Shown: positions 1-12,004 of the stretch, piece by piece
How the letters are laid out: the number at the start of each line of letters is the position of its first letter
Numbering within the stretch: the first letter of the stretch is position 1
Assembly: GCA_965112735.1 (NCBI GenBank)
Contig: OZ218958.1
Coordinates: 2,604,001 to 2,668,000 of the forward strand
Origin: Phaeosaccion multiseriatum
Taxonomy: Eukaryota; Protista; Ochrophyta, other classes
Length of the DNA: 64,000 nucleotides
Direction of reading: 5' to 3'
Notes under the pieces: generated by a model
Database searches by the model: none
Told to the model about the DNA's origin: nothing
What the model saw: the letters and a program-made list of their open reading frames with translations, nothing else
Made by a program: the position numbers and the translations under genes

Positions 1-169
1 CAGAAGAACAGCGTCGTTTCCGCCAGCGAGTCGACGGTGCGTGCGCGGCGCCCGTCTTGAAGGCGCTTCGAGAAACCGTTTGGACGGGGAAGGAATCGAT
101 CTTTCTTGAAATCGGACGTCTCTGCCGCTGCTCACGGCCACAGAACAAAGCAAGGGGGAAGGAGAGAGC

Positions 170-1859
170 ATGTCTTCTCGCAGGGCAAAGGACTTTAAGA
201 AGGGCGTTGATGGGGATGACTCCCGCCGGCGCCGGGGCGAGAAGGGCGTGCAGGTGCGGAAGCAGAAGAGAGAAGAAGGCTTGGCCAAGAAGCGACACAT
301 CACCATGACGGGAGAGGGGAGCCCAGTCCCGCTTGGATCGGCGGGCATGAACAACTCAGTAGGGGCCATTGCACTAGGAGGAGGGGAGGTAGGAGGCGCG
401 GGAGTAGTAGATGCGGGTAAGAAGGCACCGGCCTTCACCATCACCGACATTCCGATGCTCGCGACGGGCATCCTGACCTCGACCGACCCGGAGGAGCAGC
501 TTCGCTGTACGCGGGGCATCCGCAAGCTCCTCTCCATCGAGGGGAACCCCCCCGTGCAGCAGGTGCTCGACGCCCACATCCTCCCCTCCCTCGTGGCCTT
601 CCTGAGCCGCAGCGACCAGAACGACCTACAGTTTGAAGCTGCCTGGGCCCTTACCAACATTGCGTCCACGGACATGACTCGAGTGGTTGTGCAGGCCGGG
701 GCCGTGCCTCTCCTAAGCGAGCTGCTCGGCAACCAAAGCGCCGACCTCCGGGAGCAGTGCGCCTGGTGCCTGGGGAACATTGCCGGCGATTGCGCGGAGC
801 TCCGTGACCTTGTGCTGTCCACAAACGCCATGCAGGGCCTTTTGGCCAACGTCGCTCAGCCGGCCAACCTCACCCTCCTCCGGAACTGCGTGTGGGCTCT
901 CAGCAACTTCTGCAGAGGCAAGCCGCAGCCAGACATTGAGCTCATGAAGCCCGTGCTGCCCGCGTTGGTGCACTTGCTGAGCTCGGAGGACCTGGAGGTA
1001 CTTACAGATGCCGGGTGGGCACTCTCCTACCTCTCTGACGGAGACAACGACAGAATCCAGGTGGGTAGGTTGCTGGGGAAGTACATTCCGGTGCCTGGCG
1101 CGGTTGTATGTGTTTTAGTCCCCTGCTCTGCTCCCTGCTCTGCGTACACACACACACACACGCGCGCGCGCGCGTTGGATTGGGCTAGCTGTGGAAGAGT
1201 AGCAAGAGTGACGGGGCGGCTTGACTTGCTCCTCTTGACTTTTCTTTGGAGTAGTCCATATTCCTTATTTTCTGCGTTTCCCGTTTCCCTCGACGCCCAA
1301 TCGCAGGACAATGTGCCTAGTGCCCCCCCCCCCCCTCCTCCACTCACACCCCTCCTTACTCCGTAAAATTATAGAATTAGAGAAGGGCTGCTGCCTTGGT
1401 ACGCATTTTTGTTCGGTTTCCAGCTTTTCCACCCTTCTTTCTCACCCGCTCTTTCCACTCTTTCCACCCACCCACAAACACAACCCCCACCCCCTACCCT
1501 TCCTCCCCACCCCTCCCTCTGCCCTTTCTATTGTCCAATCGATGAAGGTGGTGGTGGATCACAACCTCTGCCCATCCCTCGCCAAAATGCTTGCCCACGA
1601 GACGAGCAGCGTGGTCACTCCGGCCCTCCGTACCCTCGGCAACATTGTCACAGGAGACGACGACCAGACGCAGGCCGTCGTCTCGTCAGGAGTGCTCACC
1701 ACCTTGGCTAAGCTCTTGCAGCATAACAAAACCTCCATCCGCAAGGAGACGTGCTGGATGCTGTCCAACATCGCGGCGGGCTCCTCTGCGCAGATCTCGG
1801 AGATGGTCCAAGTGCCGTACATTCTCGAGGGGGTAGTGGCGCAGCTCTCGTGCAGGTGC

Positions 1860-1901
<42 letters not shown>

Positions 1902-3164
1902 GGGTGTGAGTGAGTGAGTGAGTGGGAGGGAAGTGGGTGGGTGGGGAGTCGGTGGGTGAAGGTTGTTGAATGGAAAATGGCAAGACGGGGATGCGGTTGT
2001 ATCGGTTGTGGGGGCATGCGGCCCCCCCTCCCCCTCCTGCTCTCTCTCTCACTCTTTGGCTCTACTCCCGTTTTGACGTTTTAGTCACTGTCAGTGCTGT
2101 TACACCACCTTTATCCTTGCGCCCCACCCCCCTCTCCTTCCCGGCCCCTCCCCCGGATCAGCTGCTGACTCTTGTCGTACGCACCTCTCTTGTTCGCGTT
2201 TGGATGCCTACACACACGCCTTCTCTTCCTCCTCCTCCCCCTCCTCAACCCCCTCCCTCTCCTGCTCCTCCTCCTCCCAGTGAGTTCCATGTGCAGAAGG
2301 AGGCAACATGGGTGGTTAGCAACATCGCCACCGGAGGCAGCCCGGAGCACGTGCGTGCATTGGTCAACGCCGGCGTGATCAAGCCTCTGTGCGACCTCCT
2401 CACGGTTCAGGACAGCAAGATTGTCATGGTGGCTCTCGAGGCAGTGGAGGCCATGTTGAGCAAGGATACCAGCGAGGGGGGCGACTATGGCGTACTCATC
2501 GAGGAGGCGGACGGGGTGGATTATATTGAGAAGCTTCAGGAGCATGCCAACGAGAAGGTGCGTCGGACAGGCAGTCAGTCGGTCGGTCTGTGGGTCAATC
2601 AATCAATCAGGCAGTCAGTCAATCAGTTAGCCAGTCAGTCGGTTAGGTAGTCAGTCAGGCAGTGAGTCAGTCAGTTGGTCAGTCAGTTTGTTCGTCAGGA
2701 AGAGAGAGCAGAGTCCTTACTGCATGACATCTCTCGTAGTGCGTAAGAGTTCCTGCGCCTTCCCTCGCTGCCTGCATCATATGCTGACTCACTCTTCCCC
2801 TCACCCTCCCAATCTCTGGAGTGTGTCTCTCTTCTCTGCCGCCCTCCCTCTCACGCACTCTCTCTCTCTCTCTCTCTCTCTTTGTGTATGTGTTTTGCCC
2901 GTTGTTTTGCGGTCTCCCTCGCCACACCGCCATACACAGGTGTACGAGAAGGCGGTGCAGATCATCGAAAAGTACTTTGGAGAGGAAGGGGAAGGAGAAG
3001 ACGACGTCGCTGCCCCCACCATCTCTCAGGACGCTTCTACTTATAACTTTGGCATGCAGACAGCGGCGAACCCTGGTGATGCGGCGGCTCAGCAGCAGAT
3101 GCAGCAGCAGCAACAGGGGCAGGCTCCTCAGGGGGGCTTTAACTTCGGGGGCGGCTTCAGCTGA
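170..3164 (+). CDS. Importin subunit alpha (karyopherin alpha), ~566 aa, 4 exons
   Basis: Exons 170-1060, 1548-1855, 2281-2557, 2940-3164, all with GT-AG boundaries; total 1701 nt. IBB domain (SRRRR...VQVRKQKREEGLAKKR) followed by ARM repeats (LQFEAAWALTNIAS, WCLGNIAGD, WALSNFCRGKP, PALRTLGNIVTGDDDQTQ, KETCWMLSNI, KEATWVVSNI). Ends GGFNF. Confidence 0.96.
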
Positions 3165-3996
3165 GCGGCTTCAAGGAGGAGCAGCGGTAGGGTAACAGGT
3201 GCGCCTTTTACTTCTGCCGTCCGTTGGTGTGTCTTTCGTGAGGCGCAAATGGCGGCGTCTGGTGGTGGTGTTGGGTGTTGCTGTTGGGCCTCCGTCTTCT
3301 GACCCCCTCTAGGAAGGGCAGACAAAAGACGACGGGTGATGCGGGAGAGAGAAGAGAGAGAGAGGGAGAGGGAGAAAGCGAGAGCGCCGGTTCGAGCGGC
3401 TTTTGCTGTAGACGGTATAAGGAAGGGGGCAGGAGAGTCAGAGAGTGCCGTCTGAATGGAGAGGGTCGTGCCGCATCACTGTCGATCTTTGGTCAGCAGC
3501 CAGCAGGGAGGGGATGAAGGATCTTACTTGGTCAGCAGCAGGGATGGGATGAAGGATGAAACGTCACCTCGTATACTCATGCATCATGTTTATGCGTGTC
3601 TTGTCGTCTGGTGGGTGGGTGGGCGGTGGTGTTGTGTTGCCACACTCGTTCTTCTCTCCATGTGTGTCCTACTTGACTTGCGCCGCCCCCCCCCACCCTC
3701 CAGATCACATTGTACGAGGTCGGTCATATATGTCACTAAGTCGCAATACAGTTTTTACGTGCAGTAGCTAGCGCATGGGGGAGGAAAGAATTGAAGAAAC
3801 GAAAGTGGGGGGGGGGGGCGGCCTGCGTGATTAGGAATACAGATCATAGGAGAGAGAAATCGCCATTTGTGAAGCCGGATAACCAACACGAAAGGGGCTC
3901 TCGGATCTGGGATGATCGCGTTGGATCGTCATCGCTGCTCCTTCCCCTTAAAGGAGAGGGCGAAAAGTCTTGTTTTCGAGGCTTAGGAGGAATTTC

Positions 3997-5538
3997 ATGC
4001 CACCATCCGCTGCTGCTGTCGATGGCGCGGCCCCTTCCTCCAGGATGTGGGCATTAGCCGCTAACGTTGTCACAAAAACTGAGAAGCATCCCTTCCTTGA
4101 GGCTATGAACGATGGGAGCCTACCCATGGACAATTTTAAGTAAGTCGTGTTGTTTCCTGGAGGCGAAAGGTGGGATCCGGAGTCGCAGATACGAGTTGCC
4201 CAACCAGCTACGCGTTTGCTTGCCCCCTGTCTCCCTAAAAAGGTACTACGTCGTGCAGGACGCACTTTATTTACACGACTTTGCCGCGGCGCTGGCGATT
4301 TTAGCAAACAACAAAGGCAAGTCGGGTCGGCAGAAGCACACCACCAAGTCACATGCACTACGCAGAGAGAGGAGAAGAGAGCTACTGTCTTATGGTCCCC
4401 CTGCCTGCCTCCTGTCACGGTGCTGTCTTACTACACGCTCAGGCGTATCGGCGGCAGACAGCGAGATTCTGGCAGCTCTGGCTGCTGAGGTGGAGACGGT
4501 TGAGCTGTAAGTGGCTGACGCGCGGCAACAGGTGTTTGTCTGGCCGTGGGTTCTAGAGTCTGGTCGTAAGGGGCACACTACTGATGTGTCCAGTGTACAT
4601 GCGTGCTTCGTGTTACTGACGGCAACAGCGACGATGCTCTATCTCTCTCTGTCTCTCTCTCCTCTCACTCACGCTCTTTCTCTCTCCCCCCCCCCTCCCC
4701 CATGCTCGCTCCCCCTGTGCCAGCGCTCTACACGGCTCGTACTTCACAGGGTGGGGCATCGACGCCTCGTCCGCCCGCCCAAGCCCCAACACGCTTCTCT
4801 ACACGAGCTACATGCTCAAAGTCGTGTCAACAGAGAGCCACGCCATGGGCCTCGCGGTCCTCCTGCCTTGCTTTTGGGTACGTACATGGAGAGGGGGGAG
4901 ACTCTTCAGCAAGAAGACGACACATAAGATAACTTAACCACCCCTGTCCCTCCCTCCCTCCCCCCCTCCCTCCCTCTCTCCCTCTCTCCCTCCCTCCCTC
5001 CCAAAGGTGTACATGCACGTAGGGCAGATCATGCTCAAGGCCAGACAAGCAAGCAGAGAGGCCGGGGTGAGTATCCCCCAGCAGTTCGACACATGGATCG
5101 ATACGTACGGCGGAGAGGAGTTCGAGACCTCTGTGCTCAAGTACAGGGGCTTGGTGGACGATGCCGCAGCGAAGGAGAACGAAGGTGCGGCAGGTTTCTT
5201 GTCTGTTGTTGCTTTGTGTTCTCTCTACCTCTCCCCCTCCTTCTTCTTCTCCTCCTCCTCCTCCTCCTCCTCCTCCTCCTCCTCCTCCTCCTCCTCCTCT
5301 TCCTCCTTCTCACTGCACTTCTTTCGTTTGTTCCTTCCTTGCGCTGGGCTCAGCCCCCCCCCCCCCCCACTGACTCTTCCTCGGACGAATCTCTCCTGTT
5401 CTGTTCGTGGTCTTGTGCTGTGCTGTGCCAGCGGGAGTAGGTCGAATGGAGCGACACTTTGTGAAGTCATGTGAGCTTGAGCACATGTTTTGGGACGCCG
5501 CTTTCACTAAGCAAGAATGGCCCTTCCCTCAGACTTAG
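3997..5538 (+). CDS. tenA: TenA/THI-4 family thiaminase II (aminopyrimidine aminohydrolase), ~239 aa, 6 exons
   Basis: Appears only as fragments in the ORF track. Exons 3997-4139, 4243-4316, 4443-4506, 4724-4877, 5007-5184, 5432-5538 (720 nt). Motifs HPFLEAMNDGSLPMDNFKYYVVQDALYLHDFAAAL, LLYTSYML, LLPCFWVY (catalytic-type Cys), WIDTYGGEEF, ELEHMFWDAA. Confidence 0.9.
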
Positions 5539-5996
5539 ACCAAGGATAAGGATTCGGCACAAACCTGTACCACGAGTACCCTTCCCTCTTGAGCCTCTAG
5601 AGCAAACATTCTCTCTTATCTATCTATACCTCTATGTTGAGGCAGGCAGCAGGCACGAACGGAGGACGCCACACGAGCACGAGAGGTGCGTGGTGGAAGG
5701 ATGTGTCTGGTGAGCCGCCTTCCTTCCTTCCTTCCTTCGAGTTGATACAGGGGGGCCATCCTTCGCTTGGCGCGACTCGATGGGCTCTTGGCATCTCACT
5801 CGCACAGCCATAGCGACGCTGCGTTACCGATGTGAAGTACGTGAGCAGCAGCTGGACACCCAGTACTGAGTATCGATCGAAGTGAGCAGAGCGCTCTTCC
5901 AAGCGGAAGGAGGATGAGCAGAGCTCAATGCTCGCTCGATTCTTCGGTGCGTCGTCGTCGTCAATGATGAGTTGCAAATTCTTTACGAACCACTGT

Positions 5997-7087
5997 CTAT
6001 TTCCGCGTGATGATTTTCAGGCTGAGATCTAAGCACGCATACCCTTGCGTCAGGCTGCCCCGGCTGATGACGTCCACATGCGGGCTGAAATAGTCCGGCA
6101 TGGTCTCTTCCGTAATGCCCCCGCTCGCCTCGAGAATCACCGCTGGGAACTGCTCCTTCAGTCGACCGGCAACTTGCTTGAGGTCCGGAGGGGAAAAGTT
6201 GTCAAGCATCACAATATCCGCCCCTGCTTGACATGCCTCGAGGGCGTCCGTGTAGTTGCCGGCCTCGACCTCTACCTTCATGCTGAAGCCCGTGGCCCTC
6301 TTGGCGAGCTGCACGGCCTTGGTGATGCTGCCGGCGCTCATGATGTGGTTGTCTTTCAGCATGACCATCTGTGAGGAGTGGGAGTGTGAGGTTAGTTAGT
6401 TGAGTTCACACACACACACACACACACATACATACATACATACATACATACACGCTTGTACGCACACTCTTTCATTTACAAAGAGGAGGCTCGAGCAAAC
6501 GTTGCTCCAACGCATCCACATGCCCAGAGAGACGGGAGACGAGAATTCCCCGGCCCTTCACGTACCTGACTGAGGTCGTCTCGGTGCGTGGCAGCCCCTC
6601 CCACCAGCAGCGCGTACTTCTCCACGAGGCGAAAGCCCGGAGTGGTCTTGCGCGTCCCCGCCACCATCCCGCTCCACCCCATCTCCTGCGCCTTGGCAAC
6701 GGCCCGTCTGGCTGCGGTGGCGACGCCGCTACATCGGGTCACAATGTTGAGGCCGGTGCGCTCTCCGATGAGGATGTGGCGACACGACCCCGTGACTGTG
6801 GCAACCTCTACTTTGCCGTCCTTGGCCTTGGTCGTGTCGATGACGTCGCCGTCGCGCATCTTCCACTCCACTTTGCATCCGAGAGACTTCATCACCTGAT
6901 CAAAGAACATTCGCCCAGCCAGCACGCCGTCGCTTTTGCCGTACAGTACAGCCGTCTCCTGCTCTTCTCCCACCACAAAGCCTCCAATGTCCAAGCTCGG
7001 AAGGTCTTCATCGAGCCATAGTTGCACCTTCGATTGCCAATTGGGCGGCAGCAAATGCTCGAACACCGGGTGGTCGGAAGACGTCAT
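5997..7087 (-). CDS. QPRT: Quinolinate phosphoribosyltransferase (nicotinate-nucleotide pyrophosphorylase), ~297 aa, 2 exons
   Basis: Exons 7087-6566 and 6368-5997. Motifs [86 protein letters not shown]. The start ATG chosen (MTSSDHP) may not be the most upstream one. Confidence 0.95.
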
Positions 7088-7429
7088 TCCTCTGGCCTGG
7101 TGGAGCCCACTCCTGGAGATCGCCCTTCCTGTTGTTGTTGCCGCTGCTCTTCCCGCCCTCCCGTCCACCACGGGGGGGGTGTGGTTCTCCGCGCCGTCGC
7201 TGCCCTTTGCCGCCGCTCTTCTCTTCTCTCCCGCCCGTCAAGAAAACCAGCCGCAAGTGCCCTTGTTGTCTTTCCTTCCCTTCTTCTGAGTTTGTTTGCG
7301 AGGGCAAGGGAGGCGGAAGAGGGGGGGAAAGGTCGCGCCTAAAATAATTGACTTACTCTCCCTTCCCTTCTCTCTCTTCTGGCTTACTTCTCTACGGCGG
7401 GTCCTCTTGTGAAAGCTTCTACTGCAGAC

Positions 7430-8320
7430 ATGCTGCGAGCCGGGGGAGGGGTGGCGGTAGGTCAGGCGGGAAGCGGTGGGAAAGGGGCGATGGGGATGCT
7501 GTCCAGGTCAACGAGAAGGCGACCTTGGCCCGGAGCGAGGCCGGACAGCAGCATCAGCGGCAGCAGAAGTGGTTGCAGCAGCTCCGGGGGCCTCAGAAAT
7601 AACCTTGGAAATGGCACTCTGGCGAGCGCCACGATCACTGCGAACGGCAGCGGCGCAAGTAGCAGAGGGCACGCCAATCAGCCGCCGCATCGTTGGCCAT
7701 ACGGAAATGCTCGATGGGGGCATGCTGCTTCTTTCTCGTCCTCGTCCTCTTCCTCTCCGCCGTCGCCCCCGAAACCACCTTCTTCTTCAGCAACGGCAAA
7801 AGCGACATCTACTCCGCCTTCGTCTTCTGCAGCAGAAGCAGCGGCAGGCGGCAGTGCGAACCCCACCAGCAGCAGTACCAGTCCCAGTACCAGCAGCACG
7901 ACAAAAACCAGTTCACCCAGCGCAACCGTAGAATCCTCGGCCAATCTCGCCCGTTCCGCCTTCATCGGCGCTACCCAAAATAGCAACAAGGGTGCCATTC
8001 CTGTGGCCCCGGCGGGCGGCGGCGCCCATCTCAGTGCCGCCAGCCACTACTTCGGTGCCTCACTCCCCAACCTCGTTGCGGAAAGCCTCGGCGACATCGA
8101 GGCGAAGATCATGGCCCGCGCACACGCCCACAATAAGACACGCTTCAGGGTAAGTGAAGCAGGGAAGCTTGCGGGAGAGATGGATAGAGGGTAGATAGCG
8201 ACCTTTTGGTGTGGAGGGGGTTGGGAGGTTCTGAAGGTCCTGAAGTGGACAGTGGAGGGATAACCCCACTCCCCCGCCCTTCCCCAACACCACTCACACA
8301 CACACACACACACATACACA

Positions 8321-8352
<32 letters not shown>

Positions 8353-9549
8353 TACACATACCACACACAGAGTGTGGTGCTGGGCAGTCTCCTCGCGCTG
8401 GTGTGGGTCATGTCGGCCTTTGGGGGCGACATTCGGCGCTTCTTTGGCGAGCAAGCAGGCGAGGTGGCCAAGGAAACTCTCCGCCAGGAGTCGTTGCAGA
8501 TACAGACACAGGAGCTGGCCACGGCCGTTCTGCAGGCCTTGCTCAATGACCCGCAGGTAGGGCTGGGGAGGAAGGGAGGGAGGGCTGGGGGTGCGGGTAA
8601 GGAGGAGGGGGAAGAGGTGTGAACTGAACTCTTCTGTGGTGTGGCATCTATGCACCGGGAGAGTGAGTGCGAATTTCTGTGTGAGGAATTTCTCCTTGCC
8701 CCCCGCCTAACCCAACTCTCCCCTCCTCTCTCTCTCTCTGTCTCTCTCTCTGTCTCTCTCCCTCTCTCTCTCTTTCCTTTCTTTTTTCTCTCTCCTATCC
8801 CTCTCTCTCGCCCTCCCTCTCCCCCTCCCCCCTCCCCCGTCTCTCTCTCCCTCTCTCTCCCTCTCCCCCCCCCCCCCTTCTCTTCCTGCAAGGTCATCGG
8901 CAGCGTCACTACCTTCTTCCGGCAAGCAGTGGGCGATAAGGAGACACAAGAGGCACTCGCCAGTCTGTTGGTCAGCGTACTACAACACCCCCACACCAAG
9001 GCAGAGGTCACGAGTCTGGTCAAGCTGGTCACTGCCCGGCTCCTTGCCGATCCTGACACCCTTCAGCAAGTCATTGATATGAGTCTCAAAGCCCTCGCAG
9101 ACTCAAAGACGAAGGCCGCGTTGGGCGCACTGGTGGTGGAGCTTACCAACGATGAGGAGGTGGGTGCATGCGTGCGTGCGTGCGACAAACAAGAGTGGGG
9201 CGGGGAGGGAGAGAGGGAGGGAGGGGGAGGAAAGGAGGAGGAGGTGTGGCAAGGGAATGTGGTGAGGCGCCAGCCAAGAGACATGGGAAAGTGAAACGCC
9301 CACTCATGGGCCGTTGGAGAAGTGGTGGATGGGGCTCGTGCCGTGTGAAGAATGCTTGGCTCTTCACTTCTCTCTCCGCTCACCACCCTTGCTCGCGCGT
9401 CTCTCTCTTCCCTCCTTCCCTCCTTCCTCCCGCCTCTCTCCCTCCCTCCCTCCCTCCCTCTCCCTTCCTCCCCTCCTTCTTCTCCCTCCCTCCCCTCCTC
9501 CCTCCCTCCCCTCCCTCCCTCCCTCCCTCTCCTCCCGCCCCCCCCCCCC

Positions 9550-9587
<38 letters not shown>

Positions 9588-10241
9588 GGTGTACGCCGCC
9601 GTGGTGCAAATGGCCAACAAGGTCATTGCAGACCCTGCGGTCTACGAGCAGCTCAACTCCACCCTTACGGACTCCTCCTACTTTGTGCTCAACAGCCCGG
9701 AGGTCATGCAGCACGGGAAGGTGCGTGCGTGCGTGCGTGCGTGGGTGCGTGGGTGCGTGCGTGCGTGCATGCGTGACTGTGTCTAGACACGTCTGTCTCC
9801 GTACTCTGTGCCTGTCTCCTGACACCTCTACCTCCTTCTGTGGTTGTGTCCTGACACCTGTGTCTCTGCTGTATCCCTGTCCTGACACTTGTGGTGCATG
9901 TGACTTTGTTTGTAGGACTTCTCCATGCGAGTGTTGTCTGACGACGGCGTGCAAAGGACGGGGGGGGACGCCATGTGGGCCACTGTGCAGTACGCCCTAC
10001 AGAACAGAGTCATGAAGGTGAGAGGAGAGGGAGGGGAGGGGAGGGGAGGGTGGAAAGAGATACCTACCTACCTGTCTACCTACGATGTACCGTGCTTGGA
10101 GGAATTGACCCCATTTTTTACCTTTGCCTATCACCTCACTTCTGTCGTTCTTCTTCTCTCGCCGCACCACCGAAGGCTGTGGGATGCACCCTCGTAGCCG
10201 CTTCGGTGCTTATTCTCGGAAAGTCCTTCCGAGGACCGTAG
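7430..10241 (+). CDS. Uncharacterised helical membrane protein with an Arg/Ser-rich (possibly mitochondrial) leader, ~490 aa, 6 exons
   Basis: Exons 7430-8149, 8371-8556, 8893-9159, 9589-9720, 9916-10017, 10176-10241, all phase 0. Hydrophobic segments SVVLGSLLALVWVMSAFG and AVGCTLVAASVLILG flank repeated amphipathic 'L..LLxDP.v' helices. Function not recognised. Confidence 0.75.
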
Positions 10242-11179
10242 TTTGCAATTTCAGTTTGCAATAGGAGAGAGACTGACTCGAGGGAGGAGAGAGGATGGGT
10301 ACGTGTCGTGGCAGCTACATGTGTTGGTGATACATACAGCTTCCGCGGCGACGACCGGTAGCTGGGTGATGCGATACAGCTGGTTTCGCTGGAGGGTGCG
10401 GAAGGGGGAGGGCAGCAGAGATTTCCAACGCCGTTTGACGAAACTCGCTGCAAACCAAAGAACCCAAAGTAACCGTCGTGGCAGCATTCATCAGCGGAGG
10501 GACTCGGTGACATGGTGATGTCACTCACCAGGGGACGGAGGCGGTGATGCGGCATGATCACGATTCGTCAGCTGTGGCTTGCTGTGGCTTGTGTATCTCT
10601 GGCTCTTGTTCAACGCTCTCCTCCATCCTACGATGGGTAGATTTGAGAGGAAGGGAGGAAGGACTCCCAGAAAGGGACAGAGAGAGAGAGGCGGGGCATG
10701 CCACACACTGCGAGTGTGTGAGAGAGAGGCGGATATACACTCCCCTCCACTCCACTCCGCCTGCCTGCCTGTACACACAGCGAAGTGCACGGGTATCGGA
10801 TGCTTTGCCCCCACCTCCCATCCCAAACGAGAGGCACACGAGCACATGATGCTTACGTATGCTTATGTGCCCTTGACTAAGCACGCGAAGGAGGTCAGGC
10901 CCGGGCAATGGGGCCGAGGCTCAAGAAGCGCATTGGAGTGGAGTGGACTAGAGACAGAGTACTTCGGGGAGATGAGAGGAGCTTCGACTGGCACAGAACA
11001 TGTGGAATGGATACACCTTTGGCACCTGCGCTCTGTCCCTCGGTTACTTCATTAAGTGATTCAGTCAGTCACTGGGTCGACCTCCTCACGCATGCTACCC
11101 ACTTTAAAGAAGCCAGGAGAGAGAAAGAGTGGAGAGAGAGAGAGAGAGACAGAGACAGAAAGGCGATGGTTTGGGAGAG

Positions 11180-11221
<42 letters not shown>

Positions 11222-12004
11222 TTGGTGTGGGGAGCGGGTCAGCGGTGCGGTGCTGACGTTGACCGGGAGGGAGGCTGGTGGCACCTACATGTGGTGGCAC
11301 CTACATGTGGTGCAGGGACCGATCGAGCGAAGCAGTGGAATGGACATTCCCTTCCCCTCTCTCTCTGGAAGGCTCTCGGCCGGGGGGGGGGGTCGGATGA
11401 GACCCTTGGCGAGGGCGTTTTCTCGCTCGTTGTGTTATGTGGCTTTGTGTCGAAGTGTGGCAGGCGGCAGCCCCCTCTGCTGCTGGACGGGAAGCAAGAA
11501 ACGGGTGGTGCCGTGTCCGGTGGTGGCGGTCAGTGTGCTCGCTCAAGCGAAGGATCTCGACTCCACATGATATGGTTTCAATTTTTCACCTAAAATGAGA
11601 ACTGAAAACTGAAAACTGAAAACTGCACCCGAGGTGATCTGACGGTCGGGGCTCTCACTACGCACCTCGCCAGACATCTTACGTACGCCACATGTACGTA
11701 TGTATGCATGTACGTATGTATGTGTGCATGTGTATATGTCAGCTTATCGATCGGTCAAGCCGGGGTGGGTGGGTGGGTGGGTGGATGGGGAGAGAGGAGT
11801 GAGGGAGGGCGGGCGACCATTCTCCGCTGCACTCATACAACACACCCCAAGGAAATAACCAACACGCTCAAAAGTCATTATGTATCTATACTGTAGTGAT
11901 TTAGGAAAGGAGTTGCTAGGGCGGGCGGATGTGCACACCTTCTTCTCTTCCTTTCTCCTTCCTCTCTCTCGTAAGACACACCACTTCACACTGCGACGAA
12001 CCCT

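Noticed and set aside
4075-4125. Possible TPP riboswitch in tenA (CTGAGA...CCCT)
   Set aside because: It lies within coding sequence (TEKHPF) and lacks the downstream ACCTGAT...TAATG...GCG.AGG core. No aptamer was seen in the introns or 3' UTR by eye; an Infernal RF00059 scan would settle it.
10242-12004. Numerous ORFs in the spacer between the uncharacterised gene and UCHL5
   Set aside because: They are driven by (GA)n/(GGGT)n repeats with no coding signature. The region is most likely convergent 3' UTRs or intergenic DNA.
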